A DNA stretch of 64,000 nucleotides from Escherichia coli (GCF_044324875.1 NZ_CP172185.1), one strand, 5' to 3'. Positions 33,796-46,011 are shown, counted from the stretch's first letter. The notes: generated from the letters alone by a model not told the origin. Numbers and translations are program-made.

Positions 33796-34194
33796 ATTGC
33801 CACTCTTCTTGATCAAATAACCGCGAACCGAGTGATCACTGTCAACTTATTACGCGGTGAGAATTTACAAATTCTTAACGTAAGTCGCAGAAAAAGCCCT
33901 TTACTTAGCTTAAAAAAGGCTAAACTATTTCCTGACTGTACTAACGGTTGAATTGTTAAAAAATGCTACATATCCTTCTGTTTACTTAGGATAATTTTAT
34001 AAAAAATAAATCTCGACAATTGGATTCACCACGTTTATTAGTTGTATGATGCAACTAGTTGGATTATTAAAATAATGTGACGAAAGCTAGCATTTAGATA
34101 CGATGATTTCATCAAACTGTTAACGTGCTACAATTGAACTTGATATATGTCAACGAAGCGTAGTTTTATTGGGTGTCCGGCCCCTCTTAGCCTG

Positions 34195-34335
34195 TTATGT
34201 TGCTGTTAAAATGGTTAGGATGACAGCCGTTTTTGACACTGTCGGGTCCTGAGGGAAAGTACCCACGACCAAGCTAATGATGTTGTTGACGTTGATGGAA
34301 AGTGCATCAAGAACGCAATTACGTACTTTAGTCAT
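34195..34335 (-). CDS. yjjY: Small protein YjjY (46 aa)
   Basis: Reverse-complement ORF MTKVRNCVLDALSINVNNIISLVVGTFPQDPTVSKTAVILTILTAT, hand-translated; it is below the ORF-track cutoff. Confidence 0.5.
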   Translation of the reverse strand: MTKVRNCVLDALSINVNNIISLVVGTFPQDPTVSKTAVILTILTAT

Positions 34336-34430
34336 GTTACGCCGATCATGTTAATTTGCAGCATGCATCAGGCAGGTCAGGGACTTTTGTACTTCCTGTT
34401 TCGATTTAGTTGGCAATTTAGGTAGCAAAC

Positions 34431-35147
34431 ATGCAGACCCCGCACATTCTTATCGTTGAAGACGAGTTGGTAACACGCAACACGTTGAAAAGTATTTTCG
34501 AAGCGGAAGGCTATGATGTTTTCGAAGCGACAGATGGCGCGGAAATGCATCAGATCCTCTCTGAATATGACATCAACCTGGTGATCATGGATATCAATCT
34601 GCCGGGTAAGAACGGTCTTCTGTTAGCGCGTGAACTGCGCGAGCAGGCGAATGTTGCGTTGATGTTCCTGACTGGCCGTGACAACGAAGTCGATAAAATT
34701 CTCGGCCTCGAAATCGGTGCAGATGACTACATCACCAAACCGTTCAACCCGCGTGAACTGACTATTCGTGCACGCAACCTGCTGTCCCGTACCATGAATC
34801 TGGGTACTGTCAGCGAAGAACGTCGTAGCGTTGAAAGCTACAAGTTCAATGGTTGGGAACTGGACATCAACAGCCGTTCGTTGATCGGCCCTGATGGCGA
34901 GCAGTACAAGCTGCCGCGCAGCGAGTTCCGCGCCATGCTTCACTTCTGTGAAAACCCAGGCAAAATTCAGTCCCGTGCTGAACTGCTGAAGAAAATGACC
35001 GGCCGTGAGCTGAAACCGCACGACCGTACTGTAGACGTGACGATCCGCCGTATTCGTAAACATTTCGAATCTACGCCGGATACGCCGGAAATCATCGCCA
35101 CCATTCACGGTGAAGGTTATCGCTTCTGCGGTGATCTGGAAGATTAA
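34431..35147 (+). CDS. arcA: Aerobic respiration control response regulator
   Basis: 238-aa OmpR-family regulator [43 protein letters not shown], recognised as ArcA. Confidence 0.97.
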
Positions 35148-35164
35148 TCGGCTTTACCACCGTC

Positions 35165-35201
35165 AAAAAAAACGGCGCTTTTTAGCGCCGTTTTTATTTT
35201 T
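35165..35201. terminator. Bidirectional Rho-independent terminator between arcA and creD
   Basis: aaacggcgct-tttt-agcgccgttt hairpin flanked by an A-run upstream and a T-run downstream, so it can terminate on either strand. Confidence 0.75.
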
Positions 35202-35206
35202 CAACC

Positions 35207-36559
35207 TTATTTCCAGATACGTAATTCATCGTCCGTTGTAACTTCTTTACTGGCTTTCATTTTCGGCAGTGAAAACGCATACCAGTCGATATTACGGGTC
35301 ACAAACATCATGCCGGCCAGCGCCACCACCAGCACACTGGTTCCCAACAACAGCGCGCTATCGGCAGAGTTGAGCAGTCCCCACATCACACCATCCAGCA
35401 ACAACAGCGCGAGGGTAAACAACATGCTATTGCGCCAGCCTTTCAATACCGCCTGCAAATAAATACCGTTCATTAACGCCCCAATCAGACTGGCGATTAT
35501 CCATGCCACGGTAAAACCGATATGTTCAGAAAGCGCCAGCAAGAGCAAATAAAACATCACCAATGAAAGCCCCACCAGCAAATATTGCATTGGGTGTAAA
35601 CGTTGCGCGGTGAGCGTTTCAAAAACAAAGAACGCCATAAAAGTCAGTGCAATCAGCAGAATGGCGTACTTAGTCGCCCGGTCAGTTAATTGGTATTGAT
35701 CGGCTGGCGTCGTTACTGCGACGCTAAACGCCGGGAAGTTTTCCCAGCCGGTATCATTGCCTGAAGCAAAACGCTCACCGAGATTATTAGCAAACCAGCT
35801 GCTTTGCCAGTGCGCCTGAAAACCTGACTCGCTAACTTCCCGTTTGGCTGGTAGAAAATCACCTAAAAAACTGGGATGCGGCCAGTTGCTGGTTAAGGTC
35901 ATTTCGCTATTACGCCCGCCAGGCACCACAGAAAGATCGCCGGTACCGCTTAAATTCAGGGCCATATTCAGCTTCAGGTTCTGCTTCCGCCAGTCCCCTT
36001 CAGGTAAAGGGATATGCACGCCCTGCCCGCCTTGCTCTAACCCGGTGCCGGGTTCAATGGTCAGCGCCGTTCCGTTAACTTCAGGCGCTTTCACCACACC
36101 AATACCACGCGCATCCCCGACGCTAATCACAATAAATGGCTTGCCTAAGGTGATATTTGGCGCGTTGAGTTCGCTAAGACGCGAAACATCGAAATCGGCT
36201 TTTAGCGTTAAATCACTGTGCCAGACCTGACCGGTATAAATCCCTATCTTGCGTTCTTCCACGTTCTGATTGCCATCAACCATCAATGACTCAGGTAACC
36301 AAAAATGGATAAAACTTCGTTTCCGCTCCACGGTTTTATCCTCTTCCTGCACCGTATAAAGCTCGGTCACAGGAATAGCGATGAGCGGCCCAACGAGTTT
36401 TTGCGGCCCGCTGGTACTTTGGCGAATCGCATCTTCCACATCGCTACGGTAATCAGCACGTTCGACAATCACCTGCCGAATCAGCATTATCGGAATCAAC
36501 AACAGCAATACTGCACCAAACAGGGTGGTCATTTTCCAGAACAGGGGGGATTTCAACAT
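35207..36559 (-). CDS. creD: Inner-membrane protein CreD
   Basis: 450-aa membrane protein downstream of creC; size and position match CreD. Confidence 0.9.
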   Translation of the reverse strand: MLKSPLFWKMTTLFGAVLLLLIPIMLIRQVIVERADYRSDVEDAIRQSTSGPQKLVGPLIAIPVTELYTVQEEDKTVERKRSFIHFWLPESLMVDGNQNVEERKIGIYTGQVWHSDLTLKADFDVSRLSELNAPNITLGKPFIVISVGDARGIGVVKAPEVNGTALTIEPGTGLEQGGQGVHIPLPEGDWRKQNLKLNMALNLSGTGDLSVVPGGRNSEMTLTSNWPHPSFLGDFLPAKREVSESGFQAHWQSSWFANNLGERFASGNDTGWENFPAFSVAVTTPADQYQLTDRATKYAILLIALTFMAFFVFETLTAQRLHPMQYLLVGLSLVMFYLLLLALSEHIGFTVAWIIASLIGALMNGIYLQAVLKGWRNSMLFTLALLLLDGVMWGLLNSADSALLLGTSVLVVALAGMMFVTRNIDWYAFSLPKMKASKEVTTDDELRIWK

Positions 36560-36616
36560 AGTCTTCTCCTTTGCAATGGCAGCAGGATACGAAGGCTATG
36601 TGGGAAGAATTTGAAG

Positions 36617-38041
36617 CTATGTGAAGTGACGGTGAAGTCGAAGCGAAGCCAGCACGCCACCTTCCTGCACGTTGCGCAGCGTGACTTCGCCGTTAAACAA
36701 ACGGGCGACCTCACTGACGAACGCCAACCCCAGACCGCTGCTTTTTTGCCCATTTGCACGAGGCAAAGAGTAAAAGCGTTCAAAAATACGTGAAAGCGCG
36801 TAGTCAGGAATACCACTACCGGTATCCAGCACCTTAAGCGTGACGTGTTCCTGCTCCACTTCGGCGCTTAGCGTGATGCAACCGCTCTCGGGGGTAAAAT
36901 CGATGGCGTTATCCAGTAAATTTCCCAGCGCCTGCTCCAGTAACGCCGGTTCAGCAGCAACGTTAACCTCGGTGGGCGTAACATGCAGAGTGATTTTTTT
37001 TTCTGCCAACTGCACGGTGCGCGCTTCGCTGACGCGGCGAAATAATGCCGCCACATCAACAGCAGTCAGAACGACTTCCTGACGATTCTCCAGTCTTGCC
37101 TGGCGTAGAAACGTTTCTACCAATGCCTGCATACGCACATTTTGCGTCAGAATGTTGTCAGTAAAACGAGCCACCACTTCCGGCGGCGGACCTTCGCGTA
37201 AAATTTCCGCCGCTCCACGAATCGCCGCCAGTGGGCTTTTTAGCTCATGAGTTAATGCGTAAACATACTGCTCAATATAGTTTTTCCCTTCCAGCTTCAC
37301 GCGCATACTTTCCAGCGCCTGCGCGAGTTTACGCAGCTCGCTACTACCGAGATCGGGGAGAGGAACGGGCTTATTGTCAGTGACGGAATCAGCATAGCGA
37401 GTGAGCCGGGCAATGGAGCGGTTGATCCACCAAACCATGCCTGCGCCAATCACCAGTGCAATCCCCAACAAAATGGCGCTGGCCCATAAAATTCGCCGCT
37501 CGCTGCGTTTAATGACCGGAGCCATCGCCGCGTTCGGTTTGCCTACGCTCAAAACGCCAATAAGCCGCGAGCCGTCCATAATCGGCGCGGCAACATACAT
37601 CACCGAACTTTCGGGATCGGTAGGATTTTGCAACGTGCTGCGCGCACCATACTGACCACGCAACGTTAGCCAGACGTCATTCCAGCGCGAATAATCCTGT
37701 CCAACGGCTTTATTTGCCGAATCGAACAATACTTTGCCCTGCGCATCGGTCATATAGACATGATATTCATTGCGCACTTTGTTAATGCCACCGATATTGG
37801 CGCGAAACGGGCGATGCTGTAGCTGATTAAACGCCTGCGCCAGTTGCCCATGCGTTGGGTCCCCAGAGAGCAAATCGGGACGCGCCAGCTCCGCCAGCAA
37901 CGTTGCGGTGTCGATCAATGTCCCCTCCGTTGCTCTTCGCACGCCCGGTTTAACTTCTTTGACAAAAATGGCCAGTACGAACCAGGCTGCCACCGCCACC
38001 AGTAAAAAATAGCCCAGCAACAACCGCATGCCGATACGCAT
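36617..38041 (-). CDS. creC: Sensor histidine kinase CreC
   Basis: 474-aa ORF with two transmembrane segments and an H-box (ALTHELKSPLAAIRGAAE) plus ATPase motifs. Confidence 0.95.
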   Translation of the reverse strand: MRIGMRLLLGYFLLVAVAAWFVLAIFVKEVKPGVRRATEGTLIDTATLLAELARPDLLSGDPTHGQLAQAFNQLQHRPFRANIGGINKVRNEYHVYMTDAQGKVLFDSANKAVGQDYSRWNDVWLTLRGQYGARSTLQNPTDPESSVMYVAAPIMDGSRLIGVLSVGKPNAAMAPVIKRSERRILWASAILLGIALVIGAGMVWWINRSIARLTRYADSVTDNKPVPLPDLGSSELRKLAQALESMRVKLEGKNYIEQYVYALTHELKSPLAAIRGAAEILREGPPPEVVARFTDNILTQNVRMQALVETFLRQARLENRQEVVLTAVDVAALFRRVSEARTVQLAEKKITLHVTPTEVNVAAEPALLEQALGNLLDNAIDFTPESGCITLSAEVEQEHVTLKVLDTGSGIPDYALSRIFERFYSLPRANGQKSSGLGLAFVSEVARLFNGEVTLRNVQEGGVLASLRLHRHFT

Positions 38042-38730
38042 TACAGGCCCCTCAGGCTATATCCCATGCCGCGATGAGTATTAATCGGTGAAAGATCGGG
38101 GTTGATGGCGCGCAGCTTGGCACGCAGCGTTTTAATGTGGGTATCGACGGTGCGATCGTAGGTGTCCTGCGCATCTTCCCACACGCTATCCATCAGTTGC
38201 TGGCGGGACCAGACACGGCCCGGTGACTTGAGTAACGTCTTCAGCAATAAAAACTCATACCGCGTCAGCGTTAATGGCGTGTCAAACCAGCTGATCTGCG
38301 CCGCGGGTTCATTCAATTCAAAATGTCCAATACGGATGACGGGAGACGGCGTCGAGAACTTCTTCATCCGACGCAGTAAGGTGCGCACCCTGGCGCACAC
38401 TTCGCGGGGTGAAAACGGTTTAGCCACATAGTCGTCAGCGCCAATTTCCAGCCCAAGCAGGCGATCGACCTCTTCACTTCGGGCCGTCAGGAACAGTACA
38501 GGTAACGCCGGATGGAGCGCCAGTAACTGGCGGCACAATTCAAAGCCACTGATATCAGGCAAACCAACGTCGAGAATCATGACATCGGGAACCTGCTGGC
38601 GAGCTTTATCCAGCACCGGCAAGCCTCGCTCAAAGACCTCGACGGCAAAACCTTCCTGCTGCAACATGTAGACCAGAGTGTCGGCTATCCCTTGCTCATC
38701 TTCCACTAACCAGACCGTTTCCCGTTGCAT
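38041..38730 (-). CDS. creB: Response regulator CreB
   Basis: 229-aa OmpR-family regulator MQRETVWLVEDEQGIADTLVYMLQQEGF; its stop overlaps the creC start. Confidence 0.95.
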   Translation of the reverse strand: MQRETVWLVEDEQGIADTLVYMLQQEGFAVEVFERGLPVLDKARQQVPDVMILDVGLPDISGFELCRQLLALHPALPVLFLTARSEEVDRLLGLEIGADDYVAKPFSPREVCARVRTLLRRMKKFSTPSPVIRIGHFELNEPAAQISWFDTPLTLTRYEFLLLKTLLKSPGRVWSRQQLMDSVWEDAQDTYDRTVDTHIKTLRAKLRAINPDLSPINTHRGMGYSLRGL

Positions 38731-38742
38731 AAATCGCCTCTG

Positions 38743-39216
38743 TTATTGCCGCCACGGCATGACAGGAACCGCGCTAATCGCGTTTTTCGGCGAACCTTCT
38801 ACAACTTTGTCGGAGTAAGCCAGATAAGCGAGCGCGTTGCGTTTGGCGTCATAAAAGCGCACGACCTGTAACGACTTAAAGACCAGGGACGTGCGTTTTT
38901 TGAATACTACCTCGCCCTGAGCTTTGCCGTTTTTAATACGATCCGACAGTTCAATCGGCCCGACTTGCTGACAAGAAATGGCCGCATCGGAGGTATCTTC
39001 TGCCAGGCCCAATCCCCCTTTAATACCACCGGTTTTCGCCCGGCTCACATAACAGGTGACATTTTTCACATCGGGATCGTCAAAGGCTTCCACAACAATT
39101 TTGTGATCCGGGCCGATCATTTTAAATACGGTGTCGACCGAACCAATCTCTTCTGCATGAGCCAATGGCCCCAGCATTATCAGGCTTAAAGACAGGATCA
39201 AATGCTTGTATTTCAT
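38743..39216 (-). CDS. creA: Periplasmic protein CreA
   Basis: 157-aa ORF with signal peptide, first gene of the creABCD cluster. Confidence 0.9.
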
Positions 39217-39426
39217 ATTGTTACCATTTTTATCTATTACACGAGCAATTAGTTCGTCACGGTAAATAACATATTGATTAAGAACAAAATCTCAATACTT
39301 TTATTTCCGTCAAGTCCTAAAACATACTCTACTAAGAAAAAAACACTGAATGCTAAAACAGCAAAAAATGCTATTATCCAATTACCTGATGTCAGGTGCT
39401 CGTTGTTGAAAGGATGAGGATATTTT

Positions 39427-40296
39427 ATGGATCAGGCCGGCATTATTCGCGACCTTTTAATCTGGCTGGAAGGTCATCTGGATCAGCCCCTGTCGCTCGA
39501 CAATGTAGCGGCGAAAGCAGGTTATTCCAAGTGGCACTTACAGAGAATGTTTAAAGATGTCACTGGCCATGCTATTGGCGCGTATATTCGTGCTCGTCGT
39601 TTGTCGAAATCGGCGGTCGCACTACGCCTGACTGCGCGTCCGATTCTGGACATCGCGCTGCAATACCGCTTCGACTCTCAACAGACATTTACCCGCGCAT
39701 TCAAGAAGCAGTTTGCCCAGACTCCTGCACTTTACCGCCGTTCTCCTGAATGGAGCGCCTTTGGTATTCGCCCGCCGCTACGCCTGGGTGAATTCACTAT
39801 GCCAGAGCACAAATTTGTCACCCTGGAAGATACGCCGCTGATTGGTGTTACCCAGAGCTACTCCTGTTCGCTGGAGCAAATCTCTGATTTCCGCCATGAA
39901 ATGCGTTATCAGTTCTGGCACGATTTTCTCGGCAACGCGCCGACCATTCCGCCGGTGCTCTACGGCCTGAATGAAACGCGTCCGAGTCAGGATAAAGACG
40001 ACGAACAAGAGGTATTCTATACCACCGCGTTAGCCCAGGATCAGGCAGATGGCTATGTACTGACGGGGCATCCGGTGATGCTGCAGGGCGGCGAATATGT
40101 GATGTTTACCTATGAAGGTCTGGGAACCGGCGTGCAGGAGTTTATCCTGACGGTATACGGGACGTGCATGCCAATGCTCAACCTGACGCGCCGTAAAGGT
40201 CAGGATATTGAGCGATACTACCCGGCAGAAGATGCCAAAGCGGGAGATCGCCCAATTAATCTGCGCTGTGAACTACTGATTCCGATCCGTCGTTAA
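39427..40296 (+). CDS. rob: AraC/XylS-family right-origin-binding regulator Rob
   Basis: 289-aa ORF with an N-terminal AraC-type double HTH (MDQAGIIRDLLIWLEGHLDQPLSLDNVAAKAGYSKWHLQRMFK). Confidence 0.95.
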   Translation: MDQAGIIRDLLIWLEGHLDQPLSLDNVAAKAGYSKWHLQRMFKDVTGHAIGAYIRARRLSKSAVALRLTARPILDIALQYRFDSQQTFTRAFKKQFAQTPALYRRSPEWSAFGIRPPLRLGEFTMPEHKFVTLEDTPLIGVTQSYSCSLEQISDFRHEMRYQFWHDFLGNAPTIPPVLYGLNETRPSQDKDDEQEVFYTTALAQDQADGYVLTGHPVMLQGGEYVMFTYEGLGTGVQEFILTVYGTCMPMLNLTRRKGQDIERYYPAEDAKAGDRPINLRCELLIPIRR

Positions 40297-40940
40297 CGCT
40301 GCAGCTCATCTAATGCAGGGGCGTCCAGATGCGAGATGTCCCCTGCGGTTTCAACGACCCAGCCAGACGCCAGCCACAGGCTTTCCTGATAATCCACGCG
40401 CGAAATAGAACAGTTACGCAGACGTAAGCGACGCTCTGCCCATGCTGGTAATCCGAGAATCGTACTCACCAGGCATCCCAGTGCAATACCGTGGCTCACC
40501 AGCAGCGGTCGGCTTCCCTGCGGTAAGTCCCGGCAAGATTCCAGTGCCGCATTGACGCGATCGCTGAGCTCCTGCATTGACTCGCCTTCAGGAATACGCC
40601 CGTCAACGGTGCCATTGACCAGCTGCCGTCGCCAGTTCTCTTCTTCTTCGGTCAGAGAATCGATATGTCTTTTTTCCAGCACACCCATGTTTAATTCACG
40701 CAGGCGAGAATCAAAGATGATGTCACAGCCGCAGGCCTGGGCGATGATTTCCGCCGTACGCCGGGTGCGCCCTAAATCGCTACTGATGATATGCGTAATG
40801 CCAAGCTCTTTGGCACGGGTTGCCACCTGCATCGCCTGTTGCTCACCTTTGGCGGTCAGCGGGCTGTCAGACTGGCCCTGAATACGTCGCTCGGCGTTCC
40901 ACTGCGTTTCACCGTGGCGGACTAGGTATACCTGTAACAT
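40293..40940 (-). CDS. gpmB: Phosphoglycerate mutase family phosphatase GpmB
   Basis: 215-aa ORF MLQVYLVRHGETQWNAERRIQGQSDSPLT with the histidine phosphatase RHG motif. Confidence 0.92.
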   Translation of the reverse strand: MLQVYLVRHGETQWNAERRIQGQSDSPLTAKGEQQAMQVATRAKELGITHIISSDLGRTRRTAEIIAQACGCDIIFDSRLRELNMGVLEKRHIDSLTEEEENWRRQLVNGTVDGRIPEGESMQELSDRVNAALESCRDLPQGSRPLLVSHGIALGCLVSTILGLPAWAERRLRLRNCSISRVDYQESLWLASGWVVETAGDISHLDAPALDELQR

Positions 40941-40978
40941 GCTTTTTTTCCGTATACTGCTGTAACGTTAATTTTTGA

Positions 40979-41841
<863 letters not shown>

Positions 41842-41915
41842 TTAGCGGGGGAAGCAAAATGCCTCCCCCGGTTGTACTCGCTAAAGAGTACGATAGCATA
41901 TCATAAACGTGCGGA

Positions 41916-43853
41916 TCAGTAACGACGTCCCCATTCCGTGGCGCTCATCAATGTCGGTTTATCCCCCATGAAATAGCGGTAGTAAGCGTCATAAGCCAGC
42001 ACGTTCTTCACATAACCGCGCGTCTCGGAGAACGGAATACTCTCGACAAATGCCACTGCGTCGATACGCCCGGCGCTGTTGCCAAGCCAGGTTCGCACCC
42101 GCCCTGGTCCGGCGTTATAAGCTGCTGAGGAGAAAATACGGTTATTACCAAACTGCTGATAAACATATTGCAGGTAACTGGTGCCAATGTTGATGTTCGT
42201 TTCCGGATCCAGCAATTGCCCAGGGCTGCTATAACCAGGAATAGAGAACATCTTCACCGTATGGGTCGCCGTGCCCGGCATAATCTGCATCAGGCCGCTG
42301 GCCCCTACCGGTGATTTCACTTTCGGATTCCAGGCGCTCTCCTGACGGGCAATCGCCATCGCATAGCTTTGCGGGATCTCCTTCCCACTGGTGTAACGTT
42401 TGAAAAGATCGTTGTAAGCCAGCGGGAATCGCTCTTCCAGATGATCCCATAGCTTCCCGGCGATCGTTGCCTGAACGCTAAGATCCCACCATTGGTTATT
42501 GAAAGCATACCGAGCCAGTTGCGCCTGCTCTGTTTTTGACTTGCTCTTCACCAGATTGGCCCACTCGCTACGCGCGGTATTATCGAGATTCCAGTACATC
42601 AACTCGCGCACGCGCGCCATCTCCGGCCCCTGAGTCAAGGTGCTGTCAACATTCTGCGGCGCTTTATCAATCTTCAGCTCATACTCTTCACCGATGCGTT
42701 GTGCTGCAACCATCGGGTAGAAACCACGCTGTTGCATGAGTTGATGCAAAATCTCTTTTGCTTCAGCTTCACGTCCGCGTTCCAGCAGTAAATCCGCCTG
42801 CCAGTAACGCCATTCATCTTTCTCTTTCGCCTCCATCGGCAGACGCGCCAGCCAGGTATTCAGGCCGCGACGATCGCCGGTGCCAAGCGCCATTCGCACA
42901 CGGCGTTCAATAAGCGAAGTAGATTGCGAACGCATAATGGCGTCATCACGCCATTTCGCCTGTTCGTCGGTGACATCGTTGCCCATCAAACGCCAGGCGA
43001 CGATATCGCGCAGCTCCTGAATCTGATCTTCATTAAGCTGCTGCGCCTGGGCAAGCGACGGGATCATCAGCCGTGCATTTTCAGCATCCTGCCGCGCTAC
43101 ACTGGCAAACGCCACCGCCGCCATTTGACGGGTAAAATCGGTCGCTCCGGTTGTACGCGCGAAGGTCAGTACCGTATTAGGATTGTTCGCTAGTGAAATG
43201 ATTGCCGAAGCGATAGTCTGGTAATCGGCAGGCATCTGCCCTGCCAGCACTGTTACCAGGCCAGTGTTACCCGCTTTCATCGCCAGACGGATACGCTCTA
43301 AATACGCCAGCGGATCTTGTTTACCTGACGCACGCCAGACGCTGAATAACTTGTCACAGGCGTTAGGCTGGCTCTTGCCGGTTAGCCACAGCTCTTTCGC
43401 CCCTTGCCAGGCTTCTTCACTCTGCCCGGTGTTCCATTTCGCATAGTAGTAATTACATTGCGCTTCGGTAGTTCCGGGCTTTTCTGGGCTAAAGGCTAAC
43501 AAGCCACGCCAGTCTTCACGCCGCGCCAGTTCATTGACGAAACGAGATTGCAGCGTGCGAGCGGGAGGAAGCGTGGGGTTAGCGCGAACAAAGTTAGTGA
43601 CCGTCACCGCCGGTTGATTCATCAGGTCATCGGTGATCTGACGGTATTCCAGGTAGGGATAAAGCGGATAATCCTTCAGTCCAGGCATCATTTGTTCGAC
43701 CACATCCATTTGTCGATTATCCCAGGCCTGCTTGATTTGGGCGTAGCGGCTACGCTGCTCATCCAGTGAGTCGGCTCGCGCCACGCTGCTGACCGTCAGC
43801 AGACAGACACCGGCAGCCAACAGCCGCCAGGTAACGTGTTTGGCTTTTTCCAC
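41916..43853 (-). CDS. slt: Soluble lytic murein transglycosylase (Slt70)
   Basis: Long ORF with signal peptide, superhelical N-domain and C-terminal lysozyme-like GLMQIMP motif; the likely start is a GTG (VEKAKHVTWRLLAAG...). Confidence 0.94.
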   Translation of the reverse strand: MEKAKHVTWRLLAAGVCLLTVSSVARADSLDEQRSRYAQIKQAWDNRQMDVVEQMMPGLKDYPLYPYLEYRQITDDLMNQPAVTVTNFVRANPTLPPARTLQSRFVNELARREDWRGLLAFSPEKPGTTEAQCNYYYAKWNTGQSEEAWQGAKELWLTGKSQPNACDKLFSVWRASGKQDPLAYLERIRLAMKAGNTGLVTVLAGQMPADYQTIASAIISLANNPNTVLTFARTTGATDFTRQMAAVAFASVARQDAENARLMIPSLAQAQQLNEDQIQELRDIVAWRLMGNDVTDEQAKWRDDAIMRSQSTSLIERRVRMALGTGDRRGLNTWLARLPMEAKEKDEWRYWQADLLLERGREAEAKEILHQLMQQRGFYPMVAAQRIGEEYELKIDKAPQNVDSTLTQGPEMARVRELMYWNLDNTARSEWANLVKSKSKTEQAQLARYAFNNQWWDLSVQATIAGKLWDHLEERFPLAYNDLFKRYTSGKEIPQSYAMAIARQESAWNPKVKSPVGASGLMQIMPGTATHTVKMFSIPGYSSPGQLLDPETNINIGTSYLQYVYQQFGNNRIFSSAAYNAGPGRVRTWLGNSAGRIDAVAFVESIPFSETRGYVKNVLAYDAYYRYFMGDKPTLMSATEWGRRY

Positions 43854-44188
43854 AAGCGCATCCTCTAAGTGTAAATACATCAATGCAGCGTCATGCCGCG
43901 TAATAGATTTATGCTAACCAGTCATTGCCGTTTACGCCACGTTACGGACACTTTTTTACTTTTATACTCTAAATAATTCGAGTTGCAGGAAGGCGATAAG
44001 TGAGTGAGTCCCCAGGAGCTTACAGAAGTAAGTGACTGGGGTGAGCGAGCGTAAGCGCAGCACATGCAACTTGAAGTATGACGAGTATACTGCGAGGGTG
44101 ATCGACCGGCTGGGATTAGATAAGGAAACAGGCTACACTTCGCCTTTGAAAACTCATCATCACGATAAACATAGAGGCGAAGTCCAAC

Positions 44189-45856
44189 GTGGCTCAATTC
44201 GTTTATACCATGCATCGTGTCGGCAAAGTTGTTCCGCCGAAACGTCATATTTTGAAAAACATCTCTCTGAGTTTCTTCCCTGGGGCAAAAATTGGTGTCC
44301 TGGGTCTGAACGGCGCGGGTAAGTCCACCCTGCTGCGCATTATGGCGGGCATTGATAAAGACATCGAAGGCGAAGCGCGTCCGCAACCGGATATCAAGAT
44401 TGGTTATCTGCCGCAGGAACCGCAGCTGAACCCGGAACACACCGTGCGTGAGTCCATTGAAGAAGCGGTTTCAGAAGTGGTTAACGCCCTGAAACGCCTG
44501 GATGAAGTGTATGCGCTGTACGCCGATCCGGATGCCGATTTTGACAAGCTGGCCGCTGAACAAGGCCGTCTGGAAGAGATCATTCAGGCTCACGACGGTC
44601 ACAACCTGAACGTTCAGCTGGAGCGTGCGGCGGATGCGCTGCGTCTGCCGGACTGGGACGCGAAAATCGCTAACCTCTCCGGTGGTGAGCGTCGTCGCGT
44701 GGCGTTGTGCCGCCTGCTGCTGGAAAAACCAGACATGCTGCTGCTCGACGAACCGACCAACCACCTGGATGCCGAATCCGTGGCCTGGCTGGAACGCTTC
44801 CTGCACGACTTCGAAGGCACCGTTGTGGCGATTACCCACGACCGTTACTTCCTCGATAACGTTGCGGGCTGGATCCTCGAACTGGACCGCGGTGAAGGTA
44901 TTCCGTGGGAAGGTAACTACTCCTCCTGGCTGGAGCAGAAAGATCAGCGCCTGGCGCAGGAAGCTTCACAAGAAGCGGCGCGTCGTAAGTCGATCGAGAA
45001 AGAGCTGGAGTGGGTACGTCAGGGAACTAAAGGCCGCCAGTCGAAAGGTAAAGCACGTCTGGCACGCTTTGAAGAGCTGAACAGCACCGAATACCAGAAA
45101 CGTAACGAAACCAACGAACTGTTTATTCCACCTGGACCGCGTCTGGGCGATAAAGTGCTGGAAGTCAGCAACCTGCGTAAATCCTACGGCGATCGCCTGC
45201 TGATTGATGACCTGAGCTTCTCGATCCCGAAAGGGGCGATCGTCGGGATCATCGGTCCGAACGGCGCGGGTAAATCGACCCTGTTCCGTATGATCTCCGG
45301 TCAGGAACAGCCGGACAGCGGCACCATCACTTTGGGTGAAACGGTGAAACTGGCATCGGTTGATCAGTTCCGTGACTCAATGGATAACAGCAAAACCGTT
45401 TGGGAAGAAGTTTCCGGCGGGCTGGATATTATGAAGATCGGCAACACCGAGATGCCAAGCCGCGCCTACGTTGGCCGCTTTAACTTTAAAGGGGTTGATC
45501 AGGGTAAACGCGTTGGTGAACTTTCCGGTGGTGAGCGCGGTCGTCTGCATCTGGCGAAGCTGCTGCAAGTTGGCGGCAACATGCTGCTGCTCGACGAACC
45601 AACCAACGACCTGGATATCGAAACCCTGCGCGCGCTGGAAAACGCTCTGCTGGAGTTCCCGGGCTGCGCGATGGTTATCTCGCACGACCGTTGGTTCCTC
45701 GACCGTATCGCCACGCACATCCTGGACTACCAGGATGAAGGTAAAGTCGAGTTCTTCGAAGGTAACTTTACCGAGTACGAAGAATACAAGAAACGCACGC
45801 TGGGCGCAGACGCGCTGGAGCCGAAGCGTATCAAGTACAAGCGTATTGCGAAGTAA
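44189..45856 (+). CDS. ettA: Energy-dependent translational throttle ABC-F protein EttA
   Basis: 555-aa ORF MAQFVYTMHRVGKVVPPKRHILKNISLSFFPGAKIGVLGLNGAGKSTLLRIMAG with two ABC ATPase domains. Confidence 0.96.
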   Translation: MAQFVYTMHRVGKVVPPKRHILKNISLSFFPGAKIGVLGLNGAGKSTLLRIMAGIDKDIEGEARPQPDIKIGYLPQEPQLNPEHTVRESIEEAVSEVVNALKRLDEVYALYADPDADFDKLAAEQGRLEEIIQAHDGHNLNVQLERAADALRLPDWDAKIANLSGGERRRVALCRLLLEKPDMLLLDEPTNHLDAESVAWLERFLHDFEGTVVAITHDRYFLDNVAGWILELDRGEGIPWEGNYSSWLEQKDQRLAQEASQEAARRKSIEKELEWVRQGTKGRQSKGKARLARFEELNSTEYQKRNETNELFIPPGPRLGDKVLEVSNLRKSYGDRLLIDDLSFSIPKGAIVGIIGPNGAGKSTLFRMISGQEQPDSGTITLGETVKLASVDQFRDSMDNSKTVWEEVSGGLDIMKIGNTEMPSRAYVGRFNFKGVDQGKRVGELSGGERGRLHLAKLLQVGGNMLLLDEPTNDLDIETLRALENALLEFPGCAMVISHDRWFLDRIATHILDYQDEGKVEFFEGNFTEYEEYKKRTLGADALEPKRIKYKRIAK

Positions 45857-45863
45857 TGCGTAA

Positions 45864-45900
45864 AATGCCGGATGCGGCGCGCCAGCATCGCATCCGGTAT
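45864..45900. repeat. REP-like palindromic unit downstream of ettA
   Basis: tgccggatgcggcgcgccagcatcgcatccggta, an imperfect GC-rich palindrome of the REP type. Confidence 0.5.
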
Positions 45901-46011
45901 TAGTTAAATGATTAGTCCCCGGAAAAAAGCAAAATTTTCTTTAAGCGTATTAGCTCAGATGCGGACTGACATCTCAAATCAAGCGGGAACTCATGGTTCC
46001 CGCTTAACGTT

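Noticed and set aside
33816-34430. Possible small RNA or additional gene in the yjtD-arcA interval
   Set aside because: Only the 46-aa yjjY frame could be supported; I could not identify a conserved sRNA structure by eye.
43922-44440. 172-aa minus-strand ORF in the slt-ettA interval
   Set aside because: Overlaps the ettA start and promoter region; no motifs; likely non-coding.
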